Shown here: in pieces, positions 8,827 through 17,284 of the stretch
Numbering within the stretch: the first letter of the stretch is position 1
Layout: every line of letters starts with the position of its first letter
NCBI GenBank assembly: GCA_021846005.1
Contig: JAJZIZ010000001.1
Span: 1 to 32,409, forward strand
Source of the DNA: Candidatus Micrarchaeota archaeon
Lineage (GTDB): Archaea > Micrarchaeota > Micrarchaeia > Micrarchaeales > CABMGC01
Direction of reading: 5' to 3'
DNA length: 32,409 nt
Program-made: the position numbers and the translations under genes
The notes under the pieces: model-generated
Seen by the model: the letters and a program-made list of their open reading frames with translations, nothing else
Databases searched by the model: none
What the model was told of the DNA's origin: nothing

Positions 8827-9320
8827 ACCGCCTCTGAACTCCTTCTCATTCTTTCCATTATGTTATACGCCTTTTTATGTGTTCCACCTTCCACGAGTAC
8901 CTGCAGCGCAGCGCTCGCTATCCTGAGCTGTTCAATCGTGCCGATCATGCCCACCGTATTCCCGTATATCGACAATTTCACGCCGCTTACTTCTTCTATG
9001 TAAAGTTTGGTCTTGCCCTCCTTGCCTATCATCCTGGCCCTGATTCTCTGCCTCTGTTCGTCATTCTTGAAGAAATCCTTAAGGTCGGTAAACTTGCAGA
9101 AGATATCCTCGTTAAGTAGCTTGTACGCTTCGTCTATCCCAAACCCTCTTCCATATGCCTGTATGACATTCCTTGCATTGTATTCATCATAAGCCTCTCC
9201 GGATATGGACACGTTGTTGCCGTCGATTATTTCCATCTTGCAGTTTAGCGTCTTGCTTACCTCTTTTATTATCTTGGATAAGCTCTCTGCCCTTTTCTCA
9301 GGTATAAGTATATGCTCCAT
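8823..9320 (-). CDS. KH-domain pre-rRNA processing protein (Dim2/Pno1-like)
   Basis: AYGRGF, RMIGKEGKTK (GxxG KH loop) and GGTHKKAY motifs. Overlaps top6B by 4 nt, the conserved archaeal gene order. Confidence 0.92.
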   Translation of the reverse strand: MEHILIPEKRAESLSKIIKEVSKTLNCKMEIIDGNNVSISGEAYDEYNARNVIQAYGRGFGIDEAYKLLNEDIFCKFTDLKDFFKNDEQRQRIRARMIGKEGKTKLYIEEVSGVKLSIYGNTVGMIGTIEQLRIASAALQVLVEGGTHKKAYNIMERMRRSSEAV

Positions 9321-9352
9321 GAAATCTATTACTCTGTTAAAACTTTATATAA

Positions 9353-9398
9353 TGTGGCGTAAAACCCACCTCTTTAAGGGTGGGATATAAGCCGCCAC
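9353..9398 (+). mobile_element. IS200/IS605 left-end hairpin
   Basis: GTGGCG...CCCACC-tctttaag-GGTGGG...CGCCAC nested inverted repeats ~40 nt upstream of a tnpB start. Confidence 0.75.
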
Positions 9399-9440
9399 CG
9401 CAACACATACAACTCCTAATGGAATAATAAACATGGTCAA

Positions 9441-10079
9441 ATGCAAACAGCATACAAATATCGTGCATATCCTTCAAAGAACATGCAATCCATCCTCAAC
9501 AGGCAGATGTTCCTTGCAAAAGAACTCTACAACATTCTTCTTGAAAAGTCAAAGGCGTATCATAAGGAAACAGGAAAGACACTGACAGAATACAGGATGA
9601 ATGTCTGGATAACGCAACCCAAGAATGAGAATCCGGAATTTGCAGAACTATATTCGCAGGTTCTTCAGAACGTATCAACAAGAATATCGGAGGCATACAG
9701 GCATTTCTTCAGGCGATGCAGGGAAAAGAAGAAAGGCAGTAATGTCAGGCCCGGATTCCCAAGATACAAGAAGTTTGTATCGTCTTTGACATATCCCCAA
9801 GCAGGTTTCAAATTAGAAAAGAAGAATATCGAACTTTCAAAGATAGGCAAAATCAATTTCGCAAATCACAGGAACATTGAAGGAAAGGCAAAGACCTGCA
9901 CCATAAAGAAAACCAAGTCAAAAGAATGGTATATAACGCTTTCAGTTGAAAAGGAAGATAAGCAATTCACGTCTAACGGAAAGGTACAGGCTGGCATAGA
10001 CTTAGGGATAGTGCCTTTGCCCTGGCGCAGGCAATTCATCATGCAACACTCGTGTGCAGGAAGATCAGATGCCGAATAA
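9441..10079 (+). pseudogene. tnpB: 3'-truncated TnpB (IS200/IS605/IS1341 group)
   Basis: AYKYRAYP, LYNILLE, YSQVLQNV, PGFPRYK, SLTYPQ, WYITL and RuvC-I AGIDLGI. Similarity stops at ~10010, with no Zn finger, RuvC-II/III or right end. Confidence 0.9.
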
Positions 10080-11148
10080 GAAAACCAAAAAATCTGTAAA
10101 AACAGCAAAACCGGCAAAACAAAGAGATCAAATGCCGCAAAAGAGCTTCAGCTCTCCGCGGAAATCCTCATATCCAAAGAATGCAAAATCCTCTTATTTA
10201 CTCTCTGCGGGTCCTGAACTGCAGGAAGGCAGCACTCTTACTGGGTCATTTGAAGACATGGAGGGACTCCTCCTCGGGTGGTTCTCTTCAAAAGGCAACG
10301 CCAAGGCCGTTCCAAAGCTTCTCCTGCCGGATTCTTTCTATTGTTCGACTCCTGTCCTATCTGAATTTTCACAAAAGTATGGGTTCCACATAGGCGAAAG
10401 GGCATTCTCCATTTCAAGAGGCAAAGGCATAGGCATGCTTCTCAACCTGCTTGAGTCGTCAGGCCTCGGAAAGCTTCTGTACATGCCTTCCATTGACAGG
10501 GTCATAATTCGTTCTGCTGCAAGCCAAAGCACAAAGCTCCGGCTGGGCTTCAATGTGCATGCTTATGAAGCAGGCATAATTGCAGGATTTCTAAGTTCAC
10601 ATGCATCAAAGAATATAACTGCCGCTGAGGTTTCATGCGTCTACAACGGCTCTGACGCATGCCAGTTTGTCTCGATTGTTACTGAGGGGGAACCGTCAGC
10701 CGGGAATCAGAGGAAGCCTAATCTGGGCACCAAATTCATTCGAGAGTCTGTGAAAATATCTGGGGCACAAGATAAAACCGAAGGGGAGATACATTTTACA
10801 ATGCTCGGCATGCTTCCGTTTATAGCCGAAGCCCCGCTGGAAAGCGCTTCGAAGCTGATGTTTCTTGCAGGAATTGAAGCTGCGGCAGGCTACAAGGAGA
10901 ACTATCAGGAAGGACTGCGCAGGATGGCATCCTTTCTCTGCATGGACATAGCTGGCATGGGAAGAAAAGGCACTAAAAGGGAGGTGTCTATACACTTCGG
11001 CGCTGAGGTATCGTCAAGCGGATTCATGGAACTGGGCACAAAGGCATTTATAGGCTTTCTTAGTAAACATTTTAATTCTTCTGTAACATTAAGTAAACGC
11101 AAGGCAAAGGAAGGGCATGTCATTGCAATGACTTTTGAAGGTGTATGA
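10069..11148 (+). CDS. V4R (4-vinyl reductase) domain-containing protein with basic N-terminal tail
   Basis: HAYEAGIIAGFLS...AEVSCVYNGSDACQF is a V4R signature. The C-terminal region may be a second degenerate copy. Start uncertain (ATG 10069 or GTG 10054). Confidence 0.7.
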   Translation: MPNKKTKKSVKTAKPAKQRDQMPQKSFSSPRKSSYPKNAKSSYLLSAGPELQEGSTLTGSFEDMEGLLLGWFSSKGNAKAVPKLLLPDSFYCSTPVLSEFSQKYGFHIGERAFSISRGKGIGMLLNLLESSGLGKLLYMPSIDRVIIRSAASQSTKLRLGFNVHAYEAGIIAGFLSSHASKNITAAEVSCVYNGSDACQFVSIVTEGEPSAGNQRKPNLGTKFIRESVKISGAQDKTEGEIHFTMLGMLPFIAEAPLESASKLMFLAGIEAAAGYKENYQEGLRRMASFLCMDIAGMGRKGTKREVSIHFGAEVSSSGFMELGTKAFIGFLSKHFNSSVTLSKRKAKEGHVIAMTFEGV

Positions 11149-12582
11149 TTGGGAATTGAATTTTTGGACCCGTTGCTAAAATACGTTCCAGGCATACGCA
11201 AGCCCTCGAAGCCTCTGACATTCAAGGACAAGCTCAAGTGGACCGGCATAATAATGGCCATCTACTTCATAATGTTCGCGACTCCAGCATTCGGAGTCAG
11301 GATATCTTCTCTTCAGAACCCAACCCTGCAAATAATCAATATCATATTTGCGGCAAGGCTCGGTTCGCTTATAACTGTGGGAATAGGTCCAATAGTATTG
11401 GCAAGCATAGTCCTGCAATTGCTTAACGGCGCGGGCGTCATAAAAATAGACATGCAGAATCCTGAGGACAAAGGCCGTTTCCAGGCGATACAGAAGCTTG
11501 CGGCAATCGGCATAGCAGTAGTCGAATCGATAATATTCGCATCTACGGGCAGCATACAGGCAATAGGCCCTTCCTACTTCTGGATAATAGTCGCGCAGTT
11601 CATATTAGGCGCAGTCATAGTCGTCTATCTTGACGAGACAATGGTGAAATACGGAATAACATCGGGAATAAACCTTTTCATAGCAGGAGGAGTTGCATAT
11701 TCGATAATAGGCGGCACGTTCAACATACTGCTTCCTCTCGCGGCGACGCAGCTTGCTTCAGGCACTGCTACCGCAATACCGCAAGCCATACTCGCATTCC
11801 TGCCCCTTCTTTTCACTGTGGTTGTTTTCCTGATAAGCCTTTATGTGCTGGAGATGAAGATAGAGCTGCCCATGGTATTCAGCCAATTCCGTGGAATTGG
11901 AGGAAGGCTGCCAATACCATTCCTGTATGTCAGCGTTTTGCCTGTCATACTCGCCACCTCACTGCTGTACAGTCTTGGGGTATGGATGATGCCTCTCTCG
12001 CACAGCACTTCAAGCGTAGTGCAATTCATAGCCTATTATACAAACCAGACAGGCACCGAACAGATAACCGGCGGCCTTGTATACCTCATGCAGCCTAACT
12101 TCCCCACTCCTTATACTGGCGGCTATGGAACGTACATCTACCAGTTGCAGACGAGCTGGTCGCCATTGCAGCTTCCTATGGGCGGTCCTCCGATCGAGGT
12201 ACCTCTCTGGATACACTTTATAATATATCTTCTGATAACCGTCATACTCTGTGTAGTCTTCGGAAAGTTCTGGGTTGAGATGACAGGCCAAAGCCCAAAG
12301 AACATGGCCGAGCAACTCCAGGATGTCGGATGGCAGATACCAGGCTTCAGAAGGGACCCGCGAACAATAGAAGGCATACTCAACAATTATCTGCCTGTCA
12401 TAACCGTTCTAGGCAGCATCTTTGTAGGGATCCTTGCGGCTTTCGCAACCATAAGCGGAGCAATAGGAGGAGGCCTAGGAGTCCTGCTTACTGCGGGAAT
12501 CATGTATGCGATATACCAGCAGATAGAGCAGGAGAATCTCATGGAGAGCTACCCTGCGCTTAACAAGTTCTTCGAGAAATAG
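11149..12582 (+). CDS. secY: Preprotein translocase subunit SecY
   Basis: KDKLKWT, GSLITVGIGPIV, YGITSGINLFI, YVSVLPVIL and WQIPGFRRD motifs, ~10 TM segments. TTG start abuts the V4R stop codon. Confidence 0.97.
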   Translation: MGIEFLDPLLKYVPGIRKPSKPLTFKDKLKWTGIIMAIYFIMFATPAFGVRISSLQNPTLQIINIIFAARLGSLITVGIGPIVLASIVLQLLNGAGVIKIDMQNPEDKGRFQAIQKLAAIGIAVVESIIFASTGSIQAIGPSYFWIIVAQFILGAVIVVYLDETMVKYGITSGINLFIAGGVAYSIIGGTFNILLPLAATQLASGTATAIPQAILAFLPLLFTVVVFLISLYVLEMKIELPMVFSQFRGIGGRLPIPFLYVSVLPVILATSLLYSLGVWMMPLSHSTSSVVQFIAYYTNQTGTEQITGGLVYLMQPNFPTPYTGGYGTYIYQLQTSWSPLQLPMGGPPIEVPLWIHFIIYLLITVILCVVFGKFWVEMTGQSPKNMAEQLQDVGWQIPGFRRDPRTIEGILNNYLPVITVLGSIFVGILAAFATISGAIGGGLGVLLTAGIMYAIYQQIEQENLMESYPALNKFFEK

Positions 12583-12648
12583 CAGCGATTCGCACCTGTA
12601 TTTGCCGGCGTGCGGCTCTCCTGCTGTTTTGCTTTGTCAGATGGCCTT

Positions 12649-13065
12649 TCAGCTGACCCATTGGCCAAACGGCTTAATGAAACTTAGTATATTAGGTATC
12701 AGATAAGAAGAAACTTCAGGTATCTGGCCGGTAAATTGGATCCTGACGATCACATATCCTATCATTATAAGGACGCCTCCCTTCCTGAGCAGATCCTCAT
12801 TCTTTTTTATGTCCTCTATAATCCTCATTATTACCGGACGGATATCCTCTCTTATGGAATACTCGTGTATTCTGCCGCGCACCTTCTTCTCAACTATTCT
12901 GGAATTCATGAGGAGATTAAGGCTGTGTGATATATTGGTCTGCTCAATCCTGGTGGTCTGCGATATCTTTCCAACTGAAAGAGGCCCATAAGAAATAGCA
13001 TGGAGTATCTCTGCCCTGGTTTTGCTGCCTATCACTTCAAACAGGCTGCCTTTCAACTTTTTCAT
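12649..13065 (-). CDS. ArsR/SmtB-family winged-helix regulator with hydrophobic C-terminal extension
   Basis: GSKTRAEILHAISYGPLSVGKISQTTRIEQTNISHSLNLL...VRGRIHEYSI. Start at ATG 13065. Confidence 0.85.
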   Translation of the reverse strand: MKKLKGSLFEVIGSKTRAEILHAISYGPLSVGKISQTTRIEQTNISHSLNLLMNSRIVEKKVRGRIHEYSIREDIRPVIMRIIEDIKKNEDLLRKGGVLIMIGYVIVRIQFTGQIPEVSSYLIPNILSFIKPFGQWVS

Positions 13066-13104
13066 AAGACCCTCTGTGAGAAGCCTCAGAAATATATTAT
13101 GGAA

Positions 13105-13164
13105 ACCAAATTCTATAAACATTTGGTATATTGTGAAATATCTTCATATGAATTTTAATCATAT
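13105..13164. promoter_or_regulatory. Divergent promoter region with inverted repeats (candidate ArsR operators)
   Basis: ACCAAAT-N9-ATTTGGT (13105-13127) brackets a minus-strand TTTATA box. TGAA-N5-TTCA (13134-13146) and ATATGA-N7-TCATAT (13146-13164) follow. Confidence 0.55.
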
Positions 13165-13206
13165 ATAATTAAATAATTTTCTTACCTATCTCAGTTTGTG
13201 AAAGAC

Positions 13207-13380
13207 ATGACAAGTTATAAAATATCTGCAAGAAAGTTGGGAAAGGAATGCGACTTTCAGGCAGAAGCGCCTACAAGTGAAGAGGCCGTGAGGAAAGCAG
13301 TGGAGCACGCAAAGGCATGCAACGTCTGCAGCGATCTAAAAGAAGAGCAAGTAAAGGCAAACGTAGAAGCAGTAGAATAA
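13207..13380 (+). CDS. DUF1059-like small metal-binding protein
   Basis: LGKECDFQAEAPTSEEAVRKAVEHAK matches the DUF1059 pattern (CDF...EE...EHA), with an extra CNVC. T-rich terminator follows. Confidence 0.75.
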   Translation: MTSYKISARKLGKECDFQAEAPTSEEAVRKAVEHAKACNVCSDLKEEQVKANVEAVE

Positions 13381-13751
13381 ACAAGCGAAGATTCTGGATT
13401 TTATTTTTTATTTTTTTTCTATTATAAGAACTCAAATTGACGCTTCAGGTTCAGGAAATCTCTGCCTCCGGCCAGCACCAATATCTGCGAGAAATTCATT
13501 CATGGCATCGCGGCATGCGGCATCATCGTATGTATTGCGTATTTTGCTTTGATCCCAACTGTACCTGAAAACAGCATAAGAGATATATAAACATGCACTA
13601 CAATTCAAACATGGATCACAGCCCATATTGCAAATACATTATAACCTGTACTGGAATGGGATTGTGCCGCAAAAACGCCGCACATGCCAGCCGTATCAGT
13701 ATGTATTATGCTGGGAATACATTTACGCGGAATTGACAAGCTGGTTTGACT

Positions 13752-15023
13752 ATGGCCGTAGGATTATCATCAGGAACTGAAGTCGACTTACTTCTGGTCG
13801 TCATATCCTTTATCATAATATTGGGATACCTGAGCGAAGTAGTATTCAAGAAGACAAGGATACCTGAAGTGATGATACTTCTTCTAATAGGGCTTGTGCT
13901 TTCGCAGAGCCACCTCCTGCCGCCAACCTATATAAGTACCCTAAGAAGCCTGACGCCTCTTTTTGGTAGCATAGCGCTGATAACCATAATGTTTGACGGA
14001 GGCAAGATCATAAAGCTTGACAAGTCACTGCCAAGCGGCCTTGGGTATCTTCTCGCATTTCTAGACACCGCATTGCCTGCAGTTGCCATGGCAGTGATAA
14101 TGTACCTTGTATTCCACTGGCAGCTCATCTACGGTGCAATACTGGGCACCATGCTTGGCGAGACCTCTGCAATTATGATTGCGCCGATGATAAAGAGGCT
14201 CAACATAAGCTCAAAGATATATGACACCCTGCTTGTAGAGGCTACATTCAACTCCGTCTTTTCCATATTGATATTCTATCTTTTGCTGTCATCCATTGGC
14301 GGGGCGACATTCACACTTGTAAGTTATGTGCAATACACCATAACCTACATCAGCGTGGCGGTGCTTATCGGCATTCTGGGAGGTATCGGGTGGCTATTCG
14401 TCCAGAACTTTTCCAAAGGTGCAAGGGGCTATATTGCTACCATCGCAATCGCATTTCTGCTTTATGCCTTTGTATCTTTCTTCAATGGCGCAGCAGTAAT
14501 AACTGTCCTCATATATGCCATAATAATAGGAAATTCAAAGATATTCAACGACTACTTCAAATTCAATAAGAACACCGAAGAGCAGACAACTGACGTGGAG
14601 GATCAGATAGAATTTCTGGTCAGGACATTCTTCTTCGTACTGCTGGGTGTGATAGCCTATGTGTCCTTATACTACTTTATCTTTGCAGCTGCTATAACAG
14701 GCATCCTCATAATACTCAGGAAGCTTGAAATAGCCACTGCCATGAGAAAACTAAACTCAAAATACAAAGATCTTGCCTTTAGCCTAATACCCCGTGGCCT
14801 TACTGCGGCCGTGCTGAGCAGTATATATCTCTCTACTGGAGACGCGTACTCCCAAAACATATTTTACATAGTATTCATGGTCATACTGCTTACCAATGTC
14901 GTTTTCAGCGTAGTTGCAAGCAGAGCCTCAAAGCGCATAGAACGTACTGAGAATCAGGACGCACAGGTCCAGAGTTCTGGAAATGCCGCCCTTCCTTCAA
15001 AACCAGGGATGACTGCAGCATAA
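13752..15023 (+). CDS. Cation:proton antiporter (CPA1/NhaP-type Na+/H+ exchanger)
   Basis: KTRIPEV, MFDGG, VEATFNS, FLVRTFFFVLLG and PRGLTAAVL motifs, ~12-13 TM segments. Alternative TTG start at 13746. Confidence 0.92.
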   Translation: MAVGLSSGTEVDLLLVVISFIIILGYLSEVVFKKTRIPEVMILLLIGLVLSQSHLLPPTYISTLRSLTPLFGSIALITIMFDGGKIIKLDKSLPSGLGYLLAFLDTALPAVAMAVIMYLVFHWQLIYGAILGTMLGETSAIMIAPMIKRLNISSKIYDTLLVEATFNSVFSILIFYLLLSSIGGATFTLVSYVQYTITYISVAVLIGILGGIGWLFVQNFSKGARGYIATIAIAFLLYAFVSFFNGAAVITVLIYAIIIGNSKIFNDYFKFNKNTEEQTTDVEDQIEFLVRTFFFVLLGVIAYVSLYYFIFAAAITGILIILRKLEIATAMRKLNSKYKDLAFSLIPRGLTAAVLSSIYLSTGDAYSQNIFYIVFMVILLTNVVFSVVASRASKRIERTENQDAQVQSSGNAALPSKPGMTAA

Positions 15024-15036
15024 GCCAGACTGTGGA

Positions 15037-15459
15037 TTATTTGCCAAGGCTGTCAAGCAGAATGTTTATTGATTTGTCAACTTCTTTTATGTGGGGATTT
15101 TCCCTCCTGACGTTGTTGAATTCGCATTTCATGAATTTCTTTGAAAGCTCCACTGCCTTCTTGCATAGTTTTCTAAGCCCTTCTTCCTTGACGCGGTATT
15201 TTCCGTTTATCTGCCTCACTACAAGTTCGCTGTCCGAATAAAGCCTGACTGACGTTTTATATCCGAAATCCCTGCCTGTTCTTTCCAATGCCGATATTAT
15301 GGCTATATATTCGGCTTCGTTATTCGTCCTGATTCCATTATATAGGGCATCGTGCGCAAGCAGGTTTTCTTCCTTGCCGTCAAATATCATATATCCGGAG
15401 GCGCTCTCTCCCGGATTCTTCCTGGAAGCCCCATCCGTGTATATAACCACATCCATCAA
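15037..15459 (-). CDS. rnhA: Ribonuclease HI
   Basis: YTDGASRKNPG, TNNEAEYIA, YSDSELVVRQINGKY and VRREN...VD motifs. Confidence 0.95.
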   Translation of the reverse strand: MMDVVIYTDGASRKNPGESASGYMIFDGKEENLLAHDALYNGIRTNNEAEYIAIISALERTGRDFGYKTSVRLYSDSELVVRQINGKYRVKEEGLRKLCKKAVELSKKFMKCEFNNVRRENPHIKEVDKSINILLDSLGK

Positions 15460-15465
15460 AGACCA

Positions 15466-16326
15466 CTAACTATCCAATGCGTCTCCTATTGTATACGCAA
15501 TCTTTTCAGTCCTGTGCTTTTCCTCTCCGCCCGGAGTCTTATCTATCCTGGCCAATTCCCGCAACGCTTTCTTTATTTCCAAAAGCCTTTCATGGTATTC
15601 ATCATATTCTATCGATATCTTTTTTTCCGGAATCCCCAGCTGCTCGCTTGCAAACGAAACCATCGACCTGTAGATATTTTTTGTTATATTCTTCAAAAGC
15701 CTGCTATCTGCTTCGAATACCTCTGATATGCCATATGTGTTGGAGTCGTCTATCTTTATTTTGACTACAGCCCTTCCCAGTTTTTCCGCAGTTTCTTCAA
15801 CTGCATCATTCACCTCATCAAGATATCCATCTATCTCCCCAATGGTATCATTGCCGAGCCATTTTGACAGCTCTCTCATTTCCGCAAAGAGTATGAGGTT
15901 GAGATTATTTGCCTCTGTAATTGCCTTTTCTTTGGCCAATGTTTCATCAAGCTTTTTTCTTATTTCAGACGCCTTTTCCATCACGAATGTCTCTATTGCC
16001 GTCTCTTTCACTACTTCTGGAATCTCAAAGTCACTCTTTTCGCCAGCGGCTTTTTCTATTTTCCCAGATATATCCTCAAATCCGGCCTCCATGGCTATTC
16101 TTGCCGCGGTCTTTCCTAAATTATCCCTTATGCCGGGATCGGCGCCGTTCTCAAGAAGAAGCGTAACACTATCCGTCCTTCCCATTCTTGCGGCAAGCAT
16201 CAATGGGGTATAGCCTCTATCGTCCTGGTTGTTCACCCCTGCTCCTTCCTTTATCCATTTTGCTATTCCTTCAAGGTCTCCTGAAGCGGCAGCGTAAAGA
16301 AGATTGTCAAACTCATAATTTTCCAT
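15466..16326 (-). CDS. Ankyrin-repeat protein with helical C-terminal domain
   Basis: LLYAAASGD, GYTPLMLAARMGRTDSVTLLLENGAD and GKTAARIA ankyrin repeats. Confidence 0.85.
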   Translation of the reverse strand: MENYEFDNLLYAAASGDLEGIAKWIKEGAGVNNQDDRGYTPLMLAARMGRTDSVTLLLENGADPGIRDNLGKTAARIAMEAGFEDISGKIEKAAGEKSDFEIPEVVKETAIETFVMEKASEIRKKLDETLAKEKAITEANNLNLILFAEMRELSKWLGNDTIGEIDGYLDEVNDAVEETAEKLGRAVVKIKIDDSNTYGISEVFEADSRLLKNITKNIYRSMVSFASEQLGIPEKKISIEYDEYHERLLEIKKALRELARIDKTPGGEEKHRTEKIAYTIGDALDS

Positions 16327-16534
16327 ATCCAGAATCCATTATAAAGTTAGCATACATTCTCAAATATCCATATGCGGCTGCCGGCGCTGATTTGTTCTGT
16401 ATATATGACAAATTCCTCCGATCTGGCAGCAGCCCTATATTTTAATCTGGGACTGTTTATAATGCCTCTACATCTTCCAATGCACTTCGGCCTCAAATCC
16501 CATATTCTGCCAAAGCACGCAATTTTTCACGTGC

Positions 16535-17284
16535 TCAGTATTCCTTGCTTTTAAGGTCTTCTATCTTGCCAAAATCAAGAGTCTCTCCTTCGCCTATGCA
16601 GTAGGCCTCCATGCTGTTTACATCAAGCATCTTCCTGAATACGGGAGCCATTGATGAAGGGTCTTCCATATTGACTCCGACCCCTTCCGAGAAATAATTC
16701 ATTGCAGGAACCACCACTATCTTTCTGTTGTCCTTCATCCTGCCATAAAGGAAGCATTTCAGTTTCTCCCTCACGCCAAGGCCGTTGAATAATGTTATTG
16801 CAGGATGTATGTGTCCCATGACCAAGACCTTCCCTTCGCTGCTTTTTGGAAGTTCTTCACCGTGGAAAAATAGAAAATCGCCGATAAGCGCCTCCTGGCT
16901 GAAAACCTTTACTCCAAGCGGTCTTTTGTATTGGTCTATGAAATTGTCGTGATTCCCTTTTATGAGGATTATCTCCTTTATCCCAAGGTCTTCCCTTATG
17001 TAATTGACAAAATCCCTGAACTCATTGAACTCTTCAATGTGAACTTTGGAAAATTCGTTCTTTATGTCTCCGTCTACTATTATTTTTGACGCTTTTGTCG
17101 CATTGGCTGCCTTGGTTATTATTTTCTTTATGTTATTGAGATTGGCCTTAGGGAGGAAATGTCCTTTGTCTGCCATGACCCCTTCATACCCTAAATGGAG
17201 GTCAGTGCAGACTATTGCCGAAAGCGACTTTATGTAAAGTACCGGTAGCCCTTCGACAATCTCTAATCCTTCTGGGAGTTTCAT
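16535..17284 (-). CDS. Metallophosphoesterase (Lhr-associated MPE / COG1407-like)
   Basis: DLHLG, GD, GNHD, FHG and GHIHP calcineurin-like motifs. Overlaps lhr by 4 nt. Confidence 0.92.
   Translation of the reverse strand: MKLPEGLEIVEGLPVLYIKSLSAIVCTDLHLGYEGVMADKGHFLPKANLNNIKKIITKAANATKASKIIVDGDIKNEFSKVHIEEFNEFRDFVNYIREDLGIKEIILIKGNHDNFIDQYKRPLGVKVFSQEALIGDFLFFHGEELPKSSEGKVLVMGHIHPAITLFNGLGVREKLKCFLYGRMKDNRKIVVVPAMNYFSEGVGVNMEDPSSMAPVFRKMLDVNSMEAYCIGEGETLDFGKIEDLKSKEY

Noticed and set aside
13432..13626. Cys-rich 64-aa ORF (MGCDPCLNCSAC...) as a ferredoxin or YHS protein
   Set aside because: Cys spacing does not give a complete motif and there is no clear RBS or family signature. It cannot be supported.
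13627..13750. Fluoride or Na+ riboswitch upstream of the antiporter
   Set aside because: GGAATGGG...GCC is only superficially similar. The conserved GCTGATGAC/CTAC elements of the crcB motif are absent.
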